IMG/VR virus record: IMGVR_UViG_2690316109_000010
Source of the DNA: a virus
Taxonomy: Duplodnaviria > Heunggongvirae > Uroviricota > Caudoviricetes
Direction: 5' to 3' (one strand)
DNA: 36,079 bases
The notes under the pieces are model-generated. The model was not told where the DNA came from. It made no database searches and saw nothing but the letters and a program-made list of their open reading frames with translations. The translations under genes were made by a program, and so were the position numbers. Positions 1-11,200 of the stretch are shown here, piece after piece. Position 1 is the first letter of the stretch, and each line of letters begins with the position of its first letter.

Positions 1-1637
1 TTCTGCAGACGTTTCTCTGCATTGTCATAGGCTGATTTTACTGCCTTTGGCGTTGCCGCCAGCGTTTCAGACGTGCTGTTGGTCGCGCTGCTTAGCTGGA
101 TTATCCCTTTCTGTGCTGTCGTTGCATCCTGTGCGGTGTATTTCCCGTTAGCCAGGTCATACGCGGCCTTAACGGCTTTTGGCGTTGCCGCCAGTGACTC
201 GGAAGTGCTGTTGGTCGCACTGCTGAGCTGTACTATCCCCTTTTTCGTCGTGCTCGCATCCTCAAGCGCCACGGCGGATGCAATATCCTCTGCCCGTTTT
301 GCCGCTGTCTCAGCGCGCGTTGCCGCGGATTCCGCCGTACTTTTGCTCTGAGCTGCCGCCGTCGCACTGCCAGCTGCCTCTGTCGCCTTCGTGGATGCCG
401 TCGTGGCGCTGCCTTTCGCTGCTGATGCCTGTCTGCTCGCCTCATCTTTTGAAGCAGACGCAGATGATGCCGATGACGCCGCCGAACTGGCGGACGATGC
501 AGCAGCCGTTTTTGAGGATTCTGCACGGGTTTCCGACGCTTTCGCGTTCGTTTCGGATGTCTTCGCTGCGGAAGCTGACCTCGCTGCTGCGCTGGCCTGC
601 TCAGTGGCTTCGCCAGCCTTCGTTGTGGCTGTTGAAGCGGATGATGCGGCGCTTTCTGCCGATTTTCCGGCGGCGGTGGCACTGGCTGAGGCCTGCCCGG
701 CACTTGTTGACGCGGCGCTGGCAGACGACGCAGCCGCTGTTTTTGAGCCTGCCGCAGCTGAGGCACTCTGTCCCGCTGCCGTTTCAGAAGACCTGGCGTT
801 CGTCTCGGACGTTTTGGCCGCCTTCGCAGAATTTGCTGTCGCCGTTGCCGAGGAAGCTGCGCTACTGGCGCTCGAGGATGCGTTCGTTTCTGATGATTTT
901 GCCGCCTCTTTTGAAGCCGCCGCATCCCGGGCTGAGGTGGCAGCTTCTGACGCTTTCGTGGTCGCGGTGGATGCAGAAGTGGCTGCTGATTGTTGTGACG
1001 CTGCAGCATTCGTTTCTGACGTTTTCGCGGCACTGGCACTGGTAGCTGCCGCGCTTTTTGAGGACTCTGCAGCAGCAGCACTTTTCGATGCTTCAGTGGC
1101 CTTTGTTGATGCCGTTCCTGCGCTGGAAGATGCTGACTGAGCCGACGACGCGGCCTGTCCGGCTGACGTGCTGGCTGCGCGTGCTGAGCCTGCAGCATCA
1201 GTCGCACGGGTTGCCGCCTCACTGGCAGATGTGCTGGCATCACTGGCTGACTTCTTTGCGGCTGCCGTGTTCTGTGCCACCACGGACGCGTTACGCGCCA
1301 CCTCTTCCACCATCAGCTCAAAACGGCGCAGTGCCTCCGGACGGGCATCATCCTCCGTCATGGCACCGAGAAAATCATTCAGCGTACCGGGTCGGGAATC
1401 TTCATACACTGTGATGGTCCCGGCATGTGACGGCGGGAATCCTTCCACCAACAGAATAACGCTGTACTGACCGTACTCAACGTCCATACTGTAACGCCCG
1501 GCTTCATCCGGATTTTCTGAGGCCAGCGTGTTCACCACCACCGTGGTACTGTTACGTTTTGCTTTCAGCTGGATTGTGCAGTTCTGTACCGGTTTTCCTG
1601 TGCCGTCTTTCAGTACACCTGAAATCTTTACTGCCAT
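1..1637 (-). CDS. stf: Side tail fiber protein Stf, N-terminal part; gene runs off the left edge of the window
   Basis: Reverse-complement translation from the ATG at 1637 gives MAVKISGVLKDGTGKPVQNCTIQLKAKRNSTTVVVNT..., matching the lambda Stf N-terminus as I recall it, followed by long Ser/Ala/Thr-rich repeats (AAKTSETNA-type). This frame is not in the ORF track because it has no stop inside the window. Confidence 0.8.
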   Translation of the reverse strand, partial: MAVKISGVLKDGTGKPVQNCTIQLKAKRNSTTVVVNTLASENPDEAGRYSMDVEYGQYSVILLVEGFPPSHAGTITVYEDSRPGTLNDFLGAMTEDDARPEALRRFELMVEEVARNASVVAQNTAAAKKSASDASTSASEAATRATDAAGSARAASTSAGQAASSAQSASSSAGTASTKATEASKSAAAAESSKSAAATSASAAKTSETNAAASQQSAATSASTATTKASEAATSARDAAASKEAAKSSETNASSSASSAASSATATANSAKAAKTSETNARSSETAAGQSASAAAGSKTAAASSASAASTSAGQASASATAAGKSAESAASSASTATTKAGEATEQASAAARSASAAKTSETNAKASETRAESSKTAAASSASSAASSASSASASKDEASRQASAAKGSATTASTKATEAAGSATAAAQSKSTAESAATRAETAAKRAEDIASAVALEDASTTKKGIVQLSSATNSTSESLAATPKAVKAAYDLANGKYTAQDATTAQKGIIQLSSATNSTSETLAATPKAVKSAYDNAEKRLQ

Positions 1638-1646
1638 ATTCACCCC

Positions 1647-1675
1647 ACAAAAAAGCCCGCCTGAACCGGCGGGCT
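1647..1675 (-). terminator. Rho-independent terminator downstream of lom
   Basis: Inverted repeat agcccgcc/ggcgggct (1654-1675) with a 6-nt loop; on the minus strand it is followed by a U-tract (plus-strand A run 1647-1653). Confidence 0.6.
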
Positions 1676-1701
1676 GTCATAACACTGTGTTACCTGGCTA
1701 A

Positions 1702-2301
1702 TCAGAATTTATAACCGACACCCACGATGAACCCGTCAGTGCGCCAGTCACCACTGCCGGAGCCTTCATAAGCGACATCAACGGCCACGGATTCGGTCGG
1801 GTTAAACTGCACGCCAGCTCCCCACGCCAGAGACGTGTTGCTGTGGCGACCGTCATCACTTCCGGTCAGCACATCGTGCGTTTTCCCCTTGTTGTCAGTT
1901 ACGCGGATATAATCCCCGGAGAAAGTCGACACACGGCTGTAAGCCATACCCGCCATCGCATACGCGCTGAACCATTCATTCACGCGCACAGACGGCCCCG
2001 CCATCACGCTGAACCAGCGATTACGCACGGAATCCTCATGCCAGCGGGTATCGCTGTAATGCGTTTTTTGCTCATCTTCAGCGTTGGCATAACTGAATGA
2101 CGTAATCAGCCCCAGCGTGTCCGTAAACTCATAACGGTATTTCACGTTAATCCCGTTCAGATTATCGCTGCCGGGAGCGTTCGTACGGGCATGAAGATAC
2201 CCTGCGCTCAGTGTGGCCTGCTGCTCAGACGCCCATGCAGGCGCACCGGATACGGCCAGACAGATGGCTGCGGACAAAATGGCTGCACAAACTTTACGCA
2301 T
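1702..2301 (-). CDS. lom: Lom/Ail/PagC-family outer membrane beta-barrel protein
   Basis: 199 aa with signal peptide MRKVCAAILSAAICLAVSGAPAWA and C-terminus ...DVAYEGSGSGDWRTDGFIVGVGYKF as in lambda Lom; sits between J and stf as in lambda; ATG at 2301 preceded by GAGAGG. Confidence 0.85.
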   Translation of the reverse strand: MRKVCAAILSAAICLAVSGAPAWASEQQATLSAGYLHARTNAPGSDNLNGINVKYRYEFTDTLGLITSFSYANAEDEQKTHYSDTRWHEDSVRNRWFSVMAGPSVRVNEWFSAYAMAGMAYSRVSTFSGDYIRVTDNKGKTHDVLTGSDDGRHSNTSLAWGAGVQFNPTESVAVDVAYEGSGSGDWRTDGFIVGVGYKF

Positions 2302-2325
2302 AATTACCTCTCGCTTTTCTGCAAT

Positions 2326-2349
2326 AAAAAAGGCGCCATTTCTGGCGCC
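2326..2349 (-). terminator. Rho-independent terminator between J and lom
   Basis: Hairpin ggcgcca-tttct-tggcgcc (2332-2349) followed on the minus strand by a U-tract (plus A run 2325-2331). Confidence 0.6.
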
Positions 2350-2368
2350 CGTATATGGGTTATAAAAT

Positions 2369-5300
2369 TCAGCTGATACTGATGCCTGCGGTGGCTTTCT
2401 TCATCACCACAACCAGCAAATCGCTGATACTTGCTGTGGGATACCAGTCATTTACCAGCCATGCTGACACCGAAAACTCCAGCGTCATGTGGCCGTGACC
2501 AGCAGGCATATCAATAACACCACTGTAAATCAGCGTATTATCCAGCGCGGTACGGTTATAAATTTCAGCACCATTTTTCTTCACTATCAGGCGGCATGAG
2601 GAGTAAATATCAGTATGCTCTCTCTCATGTTTAGCACCGCTGAATGCCACCGCCGGAATAACAATCTGCCGGTCAAACGGCTGATCGTCATAAATCCTGA
2701 CGGTAATGGTCCCTGATGGCCACCGCTCCGGTGCCCGGGAGTCCCGCGGGAAAGCCTTACCCACTGTTTTGACAATATCGCCTTCAATCTGGTTGGCTGA
2801 CAGTTTCCCTTTAATCTGACAGTTCTCATTTATCGTAACGTTGTTGAGCGTCCCGGAGTTCGCATTCACACTGCCACTGATATCTGCATTTTTAGCGGTC
2901 AGCTTTCCGTCCGGTGTCAGGGAAAATGCAGGAGGATTACCGCCGCTGGTAATGGTGGGAGCCGTCAGATATTTCAGGAACACTTCATTCATGAATATCT
3001 GATCACCCTGACCAACAAACATCGGTTTTGTGTTGCCATTTGCAGGATTAATCATCGCAATCCTGTCTGCCGCCAGCAGCACCTGACTCTGCATGCCGTC
3101 GGGGGTGTTCTCAATACCGGCACCGATACCCGCGATATAAAGGCGTCCGTCCTGCATCTGCTGCAGCTTCACAGCCCACATGCTGTTCAGATTATTATTT
3201 GTATCAACCTGAACCTTCTGTATCTGCTGGATCGCTGCACTCTGGTCTTCCAGTTTCTTATTGACGGTCTGTGTGATTTCATTGCTGACATCCGTAATGG
3301 ACGTCCTGATTTCAGCCAGGTCAGGCGCAAGCTGACCGTTATCAATCTGCGTCCACAGCTCCTGAGCCAGATGGGTTTTCCCTATCTCGCCTTTGAAAAA
3401 ATCCAGATAGCCGGATGCGTCATCACTCGGCTGACCAACAGCCTCCACGAATGCCGATTTGCCAACGGTGTTCACACTGCGAACGTAAAAATAATAATTA
3501 TGGCCCGGCCTGATATTGATACTGGCGGCTATCCAGTACAGCGCCGTGCCAAGATAGCGTGCTGTGGTTTCAACCTGCCTGATATCCGCAATCCGCTTTT
3601 CCGAGAACCAGAACTCAAACTGTACCGTCGGATCATAAACCGCAAGATGCGGCGTGGCGGTTATCTGAAAATAGCCCGGCGTCAGCTCAATCCGCGACGG
3701 CGCTGCCGGTGCGGCAATCCGGAACGATACCGACGCCGGATCGCCCTGCTGCCCCCACGCATTTACTGCCCGGACTGTCAGCCTGTAGTTCCCCAGAGCC
3801 AGTTGTGTGAAGCGGTAAGTGGTTTCCGTCGTCCGGGCCGTGCTGACCAGCCGCTCACTGCCGTCATCCGCTGCCACGGTCAGGCGAAGCATGAAACTCA
3901 CGCCCTTCACCACCTTCGGCGTGTCCCAGCGGGCCAGTACCTGATACTCCCCGCTGTCTGCGGTGACTTCGGCAGTCAGGTGCTGCACTGCTGGCGGCGT
4001 GACACCATTCACCGTGCCGCTCTGGTCGCCGTCAAAGTGCGCCCCGTTATCCACGATGGCTTCTTTTTCCGGTACATGCTGCACGGCGGTGATGGCATAC
4101 GTGCCGTCGTCGTTCTCACGGATACTCACGCAGCGGAACAGGCGCTGGCGCAGCGTCGGCAGCTTCAGCCCCCATACGCTGTATCCGGCAACGCCGTCAG
4201 GAACACGGCTCACTTTTACCTTCACGCCGTCGGTGACGGACTGGACCTCCACGCTGACCGGATTGCCACTTCCGTCAACCAGGCTTATCAGCGTGGTACC
4301 GGAGGATGGCAGCGTGATTTCACGGTCGAGCGTCAGCGTCCGGGTCTGGCTGTTCACCGCCAGCACGCGCCCGCCGGTGCTGATCCCCGCATAGTCATCA
4401 TCGCAGATTTCAATGACATCGCCCGGCACATGGCGAAGCCCTTCCGCACCCACGCTGAAGTCCACGGTCTGCGTTTCCAGTAGTTCCGTTTTAATCAGCC
4501 ACAGCCCGGCGCGGTGCGCCTGCCCCCGGCTGGTACAGCCAAAGGCATCCATCTTCGTGACGTTACGACCGTAACGGAGAATGGCCTGCGTATCTTCAAC
4601 AAGCTCTGTCGCCGTCTCCCAGCCGTTATCCGGGTCAATCCAGTTCACCTCAACGGCATTATGACGGTCCTTCAGGGCACTGAAGCTGTAGCGGAACGGC
4701 GCGCCATCATCCGGCATCACCACATTACTGCGGTTATAGGTCCACACCTTATCCGACGGTCGGTCCTGCACGAACGTCAGCGTCTGCCCGTTCCATACCG
4801 GCATACAGCGCATCGCCGAGCAGAAATCACTGAGAACATCCCACGCCTTGCGCTGTGTGGTCAGGTAGGCATTACAGGTGATGCGCGGCTCCGTGCCACC
4901 AAAGCCATCCGGCACCGACTGGTCGCAATTCTGGCCGATGACATACAGCGCCCATTTGTCCACATCCGCCGCACCGAGACGCTTCCCCATGCCGTAGCGC
5001 GGATGGGTCAGCATATCCCACAGACACCAGGCCATGTTGTTGCTGTATGCTGGCTTAAACGTTCCGTCCCAGATACCGCTGTATTGCCGCGTCTGCGGGT
5101 TATAGTTCGACGGCACCTGCAGAATGCGCCCGCGAAGATGATAATTACGGCTCACCTGCTGGCTGCCGAACTGTTCCGAGTCCACCTGCACGCCGACCAG
5201 TGCCGTGTTCGGGTAGCACTGTTTCACATCGATGATTTCGGTGTATGACGACCAGAGCGTTTTGTTCTGCAGCTGGTCTGTGGTGCTGTCCGGCGTCATT

Positions 5301-5848
5301 CTGCGCATCCGGATATTAAACGGGCGCGGCGGCAGGTTATCCACCACCACCGAGGCCAGATACTGCGAGGTGGTTTTGCCCTTAATGGTGATGTCTTTTT
5401 CCGTCACCCAGCCACCATTACGCTGTATCTGAACCAGCAGGCGAACTTCCGACGGATTCCGGTCCCCCTTTGAGGTGGTTTCCACCAGTGCCTGCACACC
5501 GAAGGTAAAGCGCAGTCGGTCGATGTTTGCCGACGTGATGGCGCGGGTGATCGGCGTGTCGTATTTCACTTCCGTACCCAACACCGTCTCGGAGCCGGAG
5601 GATTCAAATCCCTCCGGCGGAGTCTGCTCCTGCTCACCAGCCCGGAACACCACCGTGACACCGGCGATGTTGGTATTCCCATCACTGTCCAGCACCGGCG
5701 TACTGTTCAGCAGCACGCTTTTTAATCCATCCATCGGACCTTCAATCGGCCCTTCACTGATGGCATCAATCACACTCAGCAACTGCGTGGACTTCAGGTT
5801 GTCCTTCGCTTCGCGCGGGGTATGCCCCTTACTGCTTCCTTTACCCAT
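2369..5848 (-). CDS. J: Tail tip/host specificity protein J (central tail fiber)
   Basis: 1159 aa; N-terminus [38 protein letters not shown]... and most of the length match lambda J as I recall it; the last ~250 aa diverge. Confidence 0.95.
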   Translation of the reverse strand: MGKGSSKGHTPREAKDNLKSTQLLSVIDAISEGPIEGPMDGLKSVLLNSTPVLDSDGNTNIAGVTVVFRAGEQEQTPPEGFESSGSETVLGTEVKYDTPITRAITSANIDRLRFTFGVQALVETTSKGDRNPSEVRLLVQIQRNGGWVTEKDITIKGKTTSQYLASVVVDNLPPRPFNIRMRRMTPDSTTDQLQNKTLWSSYTEIIDVKQCYPNTALVGVQVDSEQFGSQQVSRNYHLRGRILQVPSNYNPQTRQYSGIWDGTFKPAYSNNMAWCLWDMLTHPRYGMGKRLGAADVDKWALYVIGQNCDQSVPDGFGGTEPRITCNAYLTTQRKAWDVLSDFCSAMRCMPVWNGQTLTFVQDRPSDKVWTYNRSNVVMPDDGAPFRYSFSALKDRHNAVEVNWIDPDNGWETATELVEDTQAILRYGRNVTKMDAFGCTSRGQAHRAGLWLIKTELLETQTVDFSVGAEGLRHVPGDVIEICDDDYAGISTGGRVLAVNSQTRTLTLDREITLPSSGTTLISLVDGSGNPVSVEVQSVTDGVKVKVSRVPDGVAGYSVWGLKLPTLRQRLFRCVSIRENDDGTYAITAVQHVPEKEAIVDNGAHFDGDQSGTVNGVTPPAVQHLTAEVTADSGEYQVLARWDTPKVVKGVSFMLRLTVAADDGSERLVSTARTTETTYRFTQLALGNYRLTVRAVNAWGQQGDPASVSFRIAAPAAPSRIELTPGYFQITATPHLAVYDPTVQFEFWFSEKRIADIRQVETTARYLGTALYWIAASINIRPGHNYYFYVRSVNTVGKSAFVEAVGQPSDDASGYLDFFKGEIGKTHLAQELWTQIDNGQLAPDLAEIRTSITDVSNEITQTVNKKLEDQSAAIQQIQKVQVDTNNNLNSMWAVKLQQMQDGRLYIAGIGAGIENTPDGMQSQVLLAADRIAMINPANGNTKPMFVGQGDQIFMNEVFLKYLTAPTITSGGNPPAFSLTPDGKLTAKNADISGSVNANSGTLNNVTINENCQIKGKLSANQIEGDIVKTVGKAFPRDSRAPERWPSGTITVRIYDDQPFDRQIVIPAVAFSGAKHEREHTDIYSSCRLIVKKNGAEIYNRTALDNTLIYSGVIDMPAGHGHMTLEFSVSAWLVNDWYPTASISDLLVVVMKKATAGISIS

Positions 5849-5908
5849 TCCTCACGCTCCATAAACGACAAAACCGCCCGCAGGCGGTTTCACATAAAAC
5901 ATTTTGCA

Positions 5909-6550
5909 TCAGCGACCAATCACCACAACCTGACCACCATCCCCTTCGTCTGCCGTGCTGATCTCCTGAGAAACCACGCGTGACCCCACGCGCATTTCAC
6001 CGTACAGAACAGGCAGAACATTGCCCTGGGCAACCATGTTATCCAGTGAAGAAAAATAGGTGTTCTGTTTGCCGTTATCCGTTGTCTGTGTGCGGGGGGT
6101 TTTGGGTTTAGGGGCCAGCATCTGTGCAACACCGCCAAGCGTCATACTGGCACCGAGAGAAAACAGCAGATTACTCGCCATAATTCCTACCCCCGGCATC
6201 CATATAGCAACCGCCATAACAGCCGCCCCCAGCACAGCCTGAAACACACCGCCACTTTTGGCTCCCGCCAGACGCGGCACGATATGGATCACAGCACCAT
6301 TTGCCAGCGGTTCATTAAGACGGGCTGATAATTCCGTTTCACCTGTATCACGCCCGGCAATGCGTACCTGATACCAGCCGTCGCTCAGCTTCTGACGAAA
6401 CGCCGGGATCTGCATGGCCAGCGCCCGGATGGCTTCGGCCCCCGTTTTCACACGCAGATCGATGCGGCGGCCAAATCGTTGTAAATCCCCGTAAAGGCAG
6501 ATGCGCGCCATGCCCGGTGACGCCAGAGGGAGTGTGTGCGTCGCTGCCAT
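5909..6550 (-). CDS. I: Tail assembly protein I
   Basis: 213 aa; MAATHTLPLASPGMARICLYGDLQRFGRRIDLRVKTGAEAIRALA... and C-terminus ...GEMRVGSRVVSQEISTADEGDGGQVVVIGR match lambda I. Confidence 0.9.
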   Translation of the reverse strand: MAATHTLPLASPGMARICLYGDLQRFGRRIDLRVKTGAEAIRALAMQIPAFRQKLSDGWYQVRIAGRDTGETELSARLNEPLANGAVIHIVPRLAGAKSGGVFQAVLGAAVMAVAIWMPGVGIMASNLLFSLGASMTLGGVAQMLAPKPKTPRTQTTDNGKQNTYFSSLDNMVAQGNVLPVLYGEMRVGSRVVSQEISTADEGDGGQVVVIGR

Positions 6551-7191
6551 TTGTCGGTATACCTCTCTCGTTTGCTCAGTTGTTCAGGAATATGGTGCAG
6601 CAGCTCGCCGTCACCACAGTAAATGGCGGCATGATTCGGCACCGATGAACCAAAGCAGCACAGCAGCACATCGCCCGGTTGTGCTGATGACAACGGCACC
6701 TGATACAGCCCTGTGGCCTCCAGATTATCCAGATAGAGATTCTGACCGTGACGCCACCAGTCATCCCCGCGATGAAAATCCGGCATCTCAATTCCCGCCA
6801 GATGGTAAGCGTCCCGGAACAGCGTGTAACAGTCCGTCACCCCGTGCTCAAAGCGCCGCCCGGTGAGATGCGGCACACAGCGGAATTTATGAATCGCCCC
6901 CCGGCAGACCAGCCACCACGGCAAATCACTCTGCACCTGCAGCCGCCGGTCGGCCTCACTCAGCCAGGGCAGACCACCGGGGTGGCTGTGGACCAGCGCC
7001 ACAATCTCTCCCTGCATTTCTGCACTCAGCCAGTCCTCCGGCGACATCCGGAAATACTCCTCCGGCTCACCGGATATATTCACGCAGGGAAAATATCTTT
7101 CCCCCTCCGGTGTTCTCACCACGAAGCCGCACGACTCCGCTGGCGCACATCGCCGGGCGTGCGCCAGAATCGCTGATTCTGTCTCTGTCAT
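6448..7191 (-). CDS. K: Tail assembly protein K (NlpC/P60-MPN type)
   Basis: Lambda K-like sequence (ESAILAHARRCAPAESCGFVV..., HSHPGG motif). Start set at the ATG at 7191; the track start at 7200 is a GTG. The 3' end overlaps the start of I by about 100 nt. Confidence 0.85.
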   Translation of the reverse strand: MTETESAILAHARRCAPAESCGFVVRTPEGERYFPCVNISGEPEEYFRMSPEDWLSAEMQGEIVALVHSHPGGLPWLSEADRRLQVQSDLPWWLVCRGAIHKFRCVPHLTGRRFEHGVTDCYTLFRDAYHLAGIEMPDFHRGDDWWRHGQNLYLDNLEATGLYQVPLSSAQPGDVLLCCFGSSVPNHAAIYCGDGELLHHIPEQLSKRERYTDKWQRRTHSLWRHRAWRASAFTGIYNDLAAASICV

Positions 7192-7196
7192 GGGAT

Positions 7197-7895
7197 TCAC
7201 TGCGAAAGTTTGTTAATGGAAAGGAAGCCGCCAAAGTTGCCGACGTTATTGCGAAACTTACAGCCGCTCAGGCATTTGCTGCATTTATCCTTCGTGATAT
7301 CGGACGTCGGCTGATCATATTCATCCGCGACCGCCGGACCGTGATAACCGCACTCATCACCGCGATAGGTCCAGGTGCAGGTGTTGGCCAGCATGATACG
7401 TCCCGGAAAAACGGCACCGTCCGTTTCCGTCGGCGTGGACAGTACAAAAGAGGCACTCACCGCGCTCAGTTCACTGCACTGCTCGATGCGCCAGCGGCTG
7501 ATCACCTCCTGCTCCGGATCGGCGTCACTGTTTCCGTTGACGAAGTTCACCGCATCCAGAAAACGGGCGTAAACCTTACGCCTGACCACCGTTCCGCCGA
7601 CCAGACTCTGCAGGTCTTCCGCCATCCCGGTGACCATGCCGTGCAGGTTAGAGACCGTCAGTGTCGGACGGGCAGCACTGCCCTTACCGTTCAGTTCAAA
7701 TCCCGTCCCCTGAATGGGGTATGCCTGATACTGCCGCCCCTGCCAGGTGACCGGCTCACCTTTTTCGTTCTGCTCATTACAGAAAAAATAACGTTCACCA
7801 CCGACCTCTGTCAGATCGATTTCCCAGAGCACCACCTGGGCTGACTGAGTAAGGCGTGTCGTCTCATGATGTGTTTCCTGTGGAATATCCTGCAT
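7197..7895 (-). CDS. L: Minor tail protein L
   Basis: 232 aa; MQDIPQETHHETTRLTQSAQVVLWEIDLTEVGGERYFFCNEQNEKGEPVTWQGRQYQ... matches lambda L, including the C-terminal Cys cluster. Confidence 0.9.
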   Translation of the reverse strand: MQDIPQETHHETTRLTQSAQVVLWEIDLTEVGGERYFFCNEQNEKGEPVTWQGRQYQAYPIQGTGFELNGKGSAARPTLTVSNLHGMVTGMAEDLQSLVGGTVVRRKVYARFLDAVNFVNGNSDADPEQEVISRWRIEQCSELSAVSASFVLSTPTETDGAVFPGRIMLANTCTWTYRGDECGYHGPAVADEYDQPTSDITKDKCSKCLSGCKFRNNVGNFGGFLSINKLSQ

Positions 7896-7904
7896 CAGGG
7901 CCTC

Positions 7905-8234
7905 CTATGCCACGACCTGTTCAAAATCTGCCGTTATGGTTACCCACAGCGCCCCCACGCTTGCCGACCATTTACGACAAACCACCCTGATCGGCTTCCA
8001 GTCATAAGGTGGCGTCCACTGAAATGCGCGGACGCCACCGTGCCGTTCCAGAAAGGCTTTCAAAGATGGGTGTTCACATTTACGAACACGTATCGTCACG
8101 CTGTAAGTCGACAACTGGTTATTCAGTCCCGCCGCACGACGCTGTTCATAACCATCGCCCAGCTTCACTGTCACCACTTTCGGCTCTGATACCACATTCA
8201 TATCCGGGCGCACTTTCCAGTGAAACGTCTCCAT
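7905..8234 (-). CDS. M: Minor tail protein M
   Basis: 109 aa, lambda M-like (FHWKVRPDMNV...GDGYEQRRAAGLN...WTPPYDW), in the expected position between H and L. Confidence 0.8.
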   Translation of the reverse strand: METFHWKVRPDMNVVSEPKVVTVKLGDGYEQRRAAGLNNQLSTYSVTIRVRKCEHPSLKAFLERHGGVRAFQWTPPYDWKPIRVVCRKWSASVGALWVTITADFEQVVA

Positions 8235-11200
8235 TACCGATATGCTCCACTTAACCGACCACCATCACGGGCCTGCTGTTGCATAAAGTCCGCTGCCGCT
8301 TTTTTCCCAAGGTCATAAACCACCTTCAGGGCAGCCGGACCTATCTGCCCGTTCGTGCCATCGTTATTGATCTCGATGTTGTACTGCGGGGCAAACATCG
8401 CCATACCTGAACCACCAATATCCGCCACAACCCCCAGCTTACCATCAGCACCACGACGCAGTGGCAGAATGGCTTCAGGTCCAGCTTCCCCCATCACACC
8501 CGCGCCTTTTGCAAAAGCAAAAAACGTCGGACGGTTAACCACCGTGCCACTGTAGCGACTCAAATCAGCCGACTGATAAACACCGCCATCAGCATTGGCT
8601 ACAAAATCAAAAGGCAGCGCGGAAGCAATACCTTTTACCGCTTTCATTAAAGCTATCTGAGCCATGATTCTGGACATATCTGACAGCACAGAAGAGGTGA
8701 AGGATTTGAAATTGAGTTTGCCTGTAGTACAGAATGTCGCCAGCCAGTCACTCATGCTACTGAACGCAGACGTGAACAACTGTTCCACTGTCCCGGCTGT
8801 GTTATCCGCTTTCTCAGTGACATTCTGGAGTGCACGCAGGACTCCGTTTTTCCAGTCACCCTGAGCAATTTCAAGCTGTTGCCAATAACGGCGATTCTCA
8901 TTCAGTTGTCGGTTCAGGCTCTCCGTCAGCGCCTGCTCGGCCTTTCTGTAGTCATCCGTGTTATATGTTCCTTTCTGCTCACTATCCCGCCTCAACTGCT
9001 CCAGCTGTTGCTGGTATTTCTGGCGAAGACTCAGTTGTACCTGATATCGCTGCCGCTGCTGATCACCCATACCCACCGTGGCGATATCCAGGTCATGTTG
9101 CTGGCGCTGAGCGCGCTCTTCTTCAGCCAGTTGACTGGTCAGCTGAATTGTTTTTTTCTTCAGATCGTTGAGTGCCGTCTGTTTCTGAAGCTCCTGCTGT
9201 TTTACATCCAGCAGCGTCAGTGCCTGAATCAGTTCATCTTTACGGGCCAGCACACTCTTTTCATCTGCCGTCAGTTTTTTCCCGTCCAGATCGCTGATGC
9301 GCTGCTGCAGAGCCAGAAGCTGTTTATGCGCTTCTGTCATCCTGTCAGTGGCAATGCCTGCTGACTGTCTTGCAGCAGCAATCTGTCCTTCCACCTGTGC
9401 CTGTTGCTGACTGTACTGCAGCAATAACCGGGTGGCCTCATCATTACGGGTTTCGCGTGTTTTTTTCTTACCGGATGCCAGGACTTTCTCGTAACGTTCA
9501 TTTTCACGTTGTATCGCCGCATCCCTGACAGCCTGATCGGCGTACTGCATGGCATTAATACGCGCAATTTCACGCTGATGTCGTGCTGCTTCCGTTTCAT
9601 TCATCCGGTTCAGTGCAGCATTTTCAGCATTACGGCGTTTCTGTTGCTCCTGATAATTCCGCTCTGCCTGCTCTTTTGCATCCTGCAAATCCTTCTGGCG
9701 TTTTTTCTCCTGAAGCTCGTTAAGACGCTGCTGATCGTACTCAACCTGAGAAGATGATGCCGTCCAAGGGAGTCTTTTCGCCCGCGACACTTTCTCCTGT
9801 AAAGCGGAAATCTGTTCATCCAGCGAGTCTTCACGACCAATATTCATGGCCGCATCCCAGAAACGACTCCATAAATCAGACAGATACTTCAGCGTACTGC
9901 CCAGCGCATTGAGGTTATTATCAATATCCGCAGTACGCCGACCGGTTTCCTCTGCCAGTGCAGACATGGCTATCCGTGCCGCATCACTGGACCGCCCCTG
10001 TTCCCCAAGGACGCGTATCTGCTCAAGCTGAGTGGCAGTAAGAAAATGCAGCTCATTGTCCAGAGCCTTCGCGGCATTTACAGGATCATCCTTCAGCCGC
10101 TTAAACTGATTTATGGTATCGCTGACCGACTGGCCAACCGATCGCTCCATCTGTGCGGCAGCTCTCGCCACCATACCGATATCGTTTCCACGAAATGCAC
10201 CACTCCCCACCACCTGAGCCAGCGCACCGGCTGCAGCATGTTGCGTGATACCATTCCCGGAAATAGCACGACTGAGCGTCCACAGCTGCCCGGCAGTGAC
10301 TCCGGCATAATGCCCCGTCAGCGACAGCTGGCGGTTAAATTCTTCCCCCTCCTTCTGACCGTCATACCAGGCTTTACCCAGACCATAGACAGCCGCGGCA
10401 ATACCGCCAATAACCCCGCCAAGCATCATGCCTTTCGGTGACATCAATGTGTCTATCCATCCGGCACGGTTAGCCAGCGTTATTCCGGATCCCCTCAGCG
10501 CACCTAAATTGCCGCGGGCCAGTTCACCTATCAGAACGCCTATCTCCTGACGGGCCGCTGCACTTTTCAGACCCAGCGAATGCGTTGCTTTTCCTGCCTG
10601 CTCCATTTTGCGGATATACACTTCTGCAGCACTGCTTACCCCCAGCTGGGCAGCCTTAGCACGAAGCAACTCAGAAGAAGAAAGATTCTGGCGGGTTGCC
10701 TGCTCTTTAAGCTGACGGATAAACGCCACTTTCTGTCGGGTAGCCTCTTCCTCAGCCTGTGTAAGAACACGGGTTTTCGCCGTAACCTCAGAAATCAGCG
10801 CCAGATAATCCTGCTGACCAATCCCGCCACTGTTTCTGGCCTGTCGGATCTGCTGCTGAATACGCTGTAATTCCTGCAGCCCCGCACTGGCCTGTTTCAC
10901 ACTGTCAATCTGACGATAAAACGCGGCAGCCGCTTTATCCTGAGCCTCCGCCAGAGCCATGGCCTGCGCCTGTTCCTCGCGCATTTTCTGGCTCAGTGCC
11001 TCCATACGCTGGCGGGTTTGCTCCACCTCGCGGGCCATGCGTTCATGAGCCTGTGCGCTCTTCTCCACCGTCTGCGCATGGACGGATGCGGCTGTTGCAG
11101 CCGAAGAAGCCGCCTGCATTGTCTGCCGGGCGGCCTGAGTCTGACGCTCCATAAAACGCTGCATACGGGCAGAAGACCGTTCTGCATCGCTGGCTGCACC

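Noticed and set aside
233-1243. Long ORFs in the track over the first 1.2 kb (minus 233-1243 Arg/Gln/Pro-rich; plus 391-1140 Ala-rich; plus 278-1045)
   Set aside because: These are wrong-frame or antisense readings of the repetitive stf coding sequence; the true frame is the minus-strand frame that starts at 1637 and matches the lambda Stf N-terminus.
3371-5864. Plus-strand ORFs of 129-370 aa antisense to J (3371-4483, 3963-4394, 4514-5248, 5475-5864)
   Set aside because: They lie entirely inside the strongly supported J gene on the opposite strand and have no recognisable family; typical antisense ORFs in GC-rich coding sequence.
5870-5890. Hairpin aaaaccgcccg/caggcggttt between I and J
   Set aside because: The stem is followed by only a weak U-tract on the minus strand and lies inside a tightly coupled tail operon; more likely an mRNA structure than a terminator.
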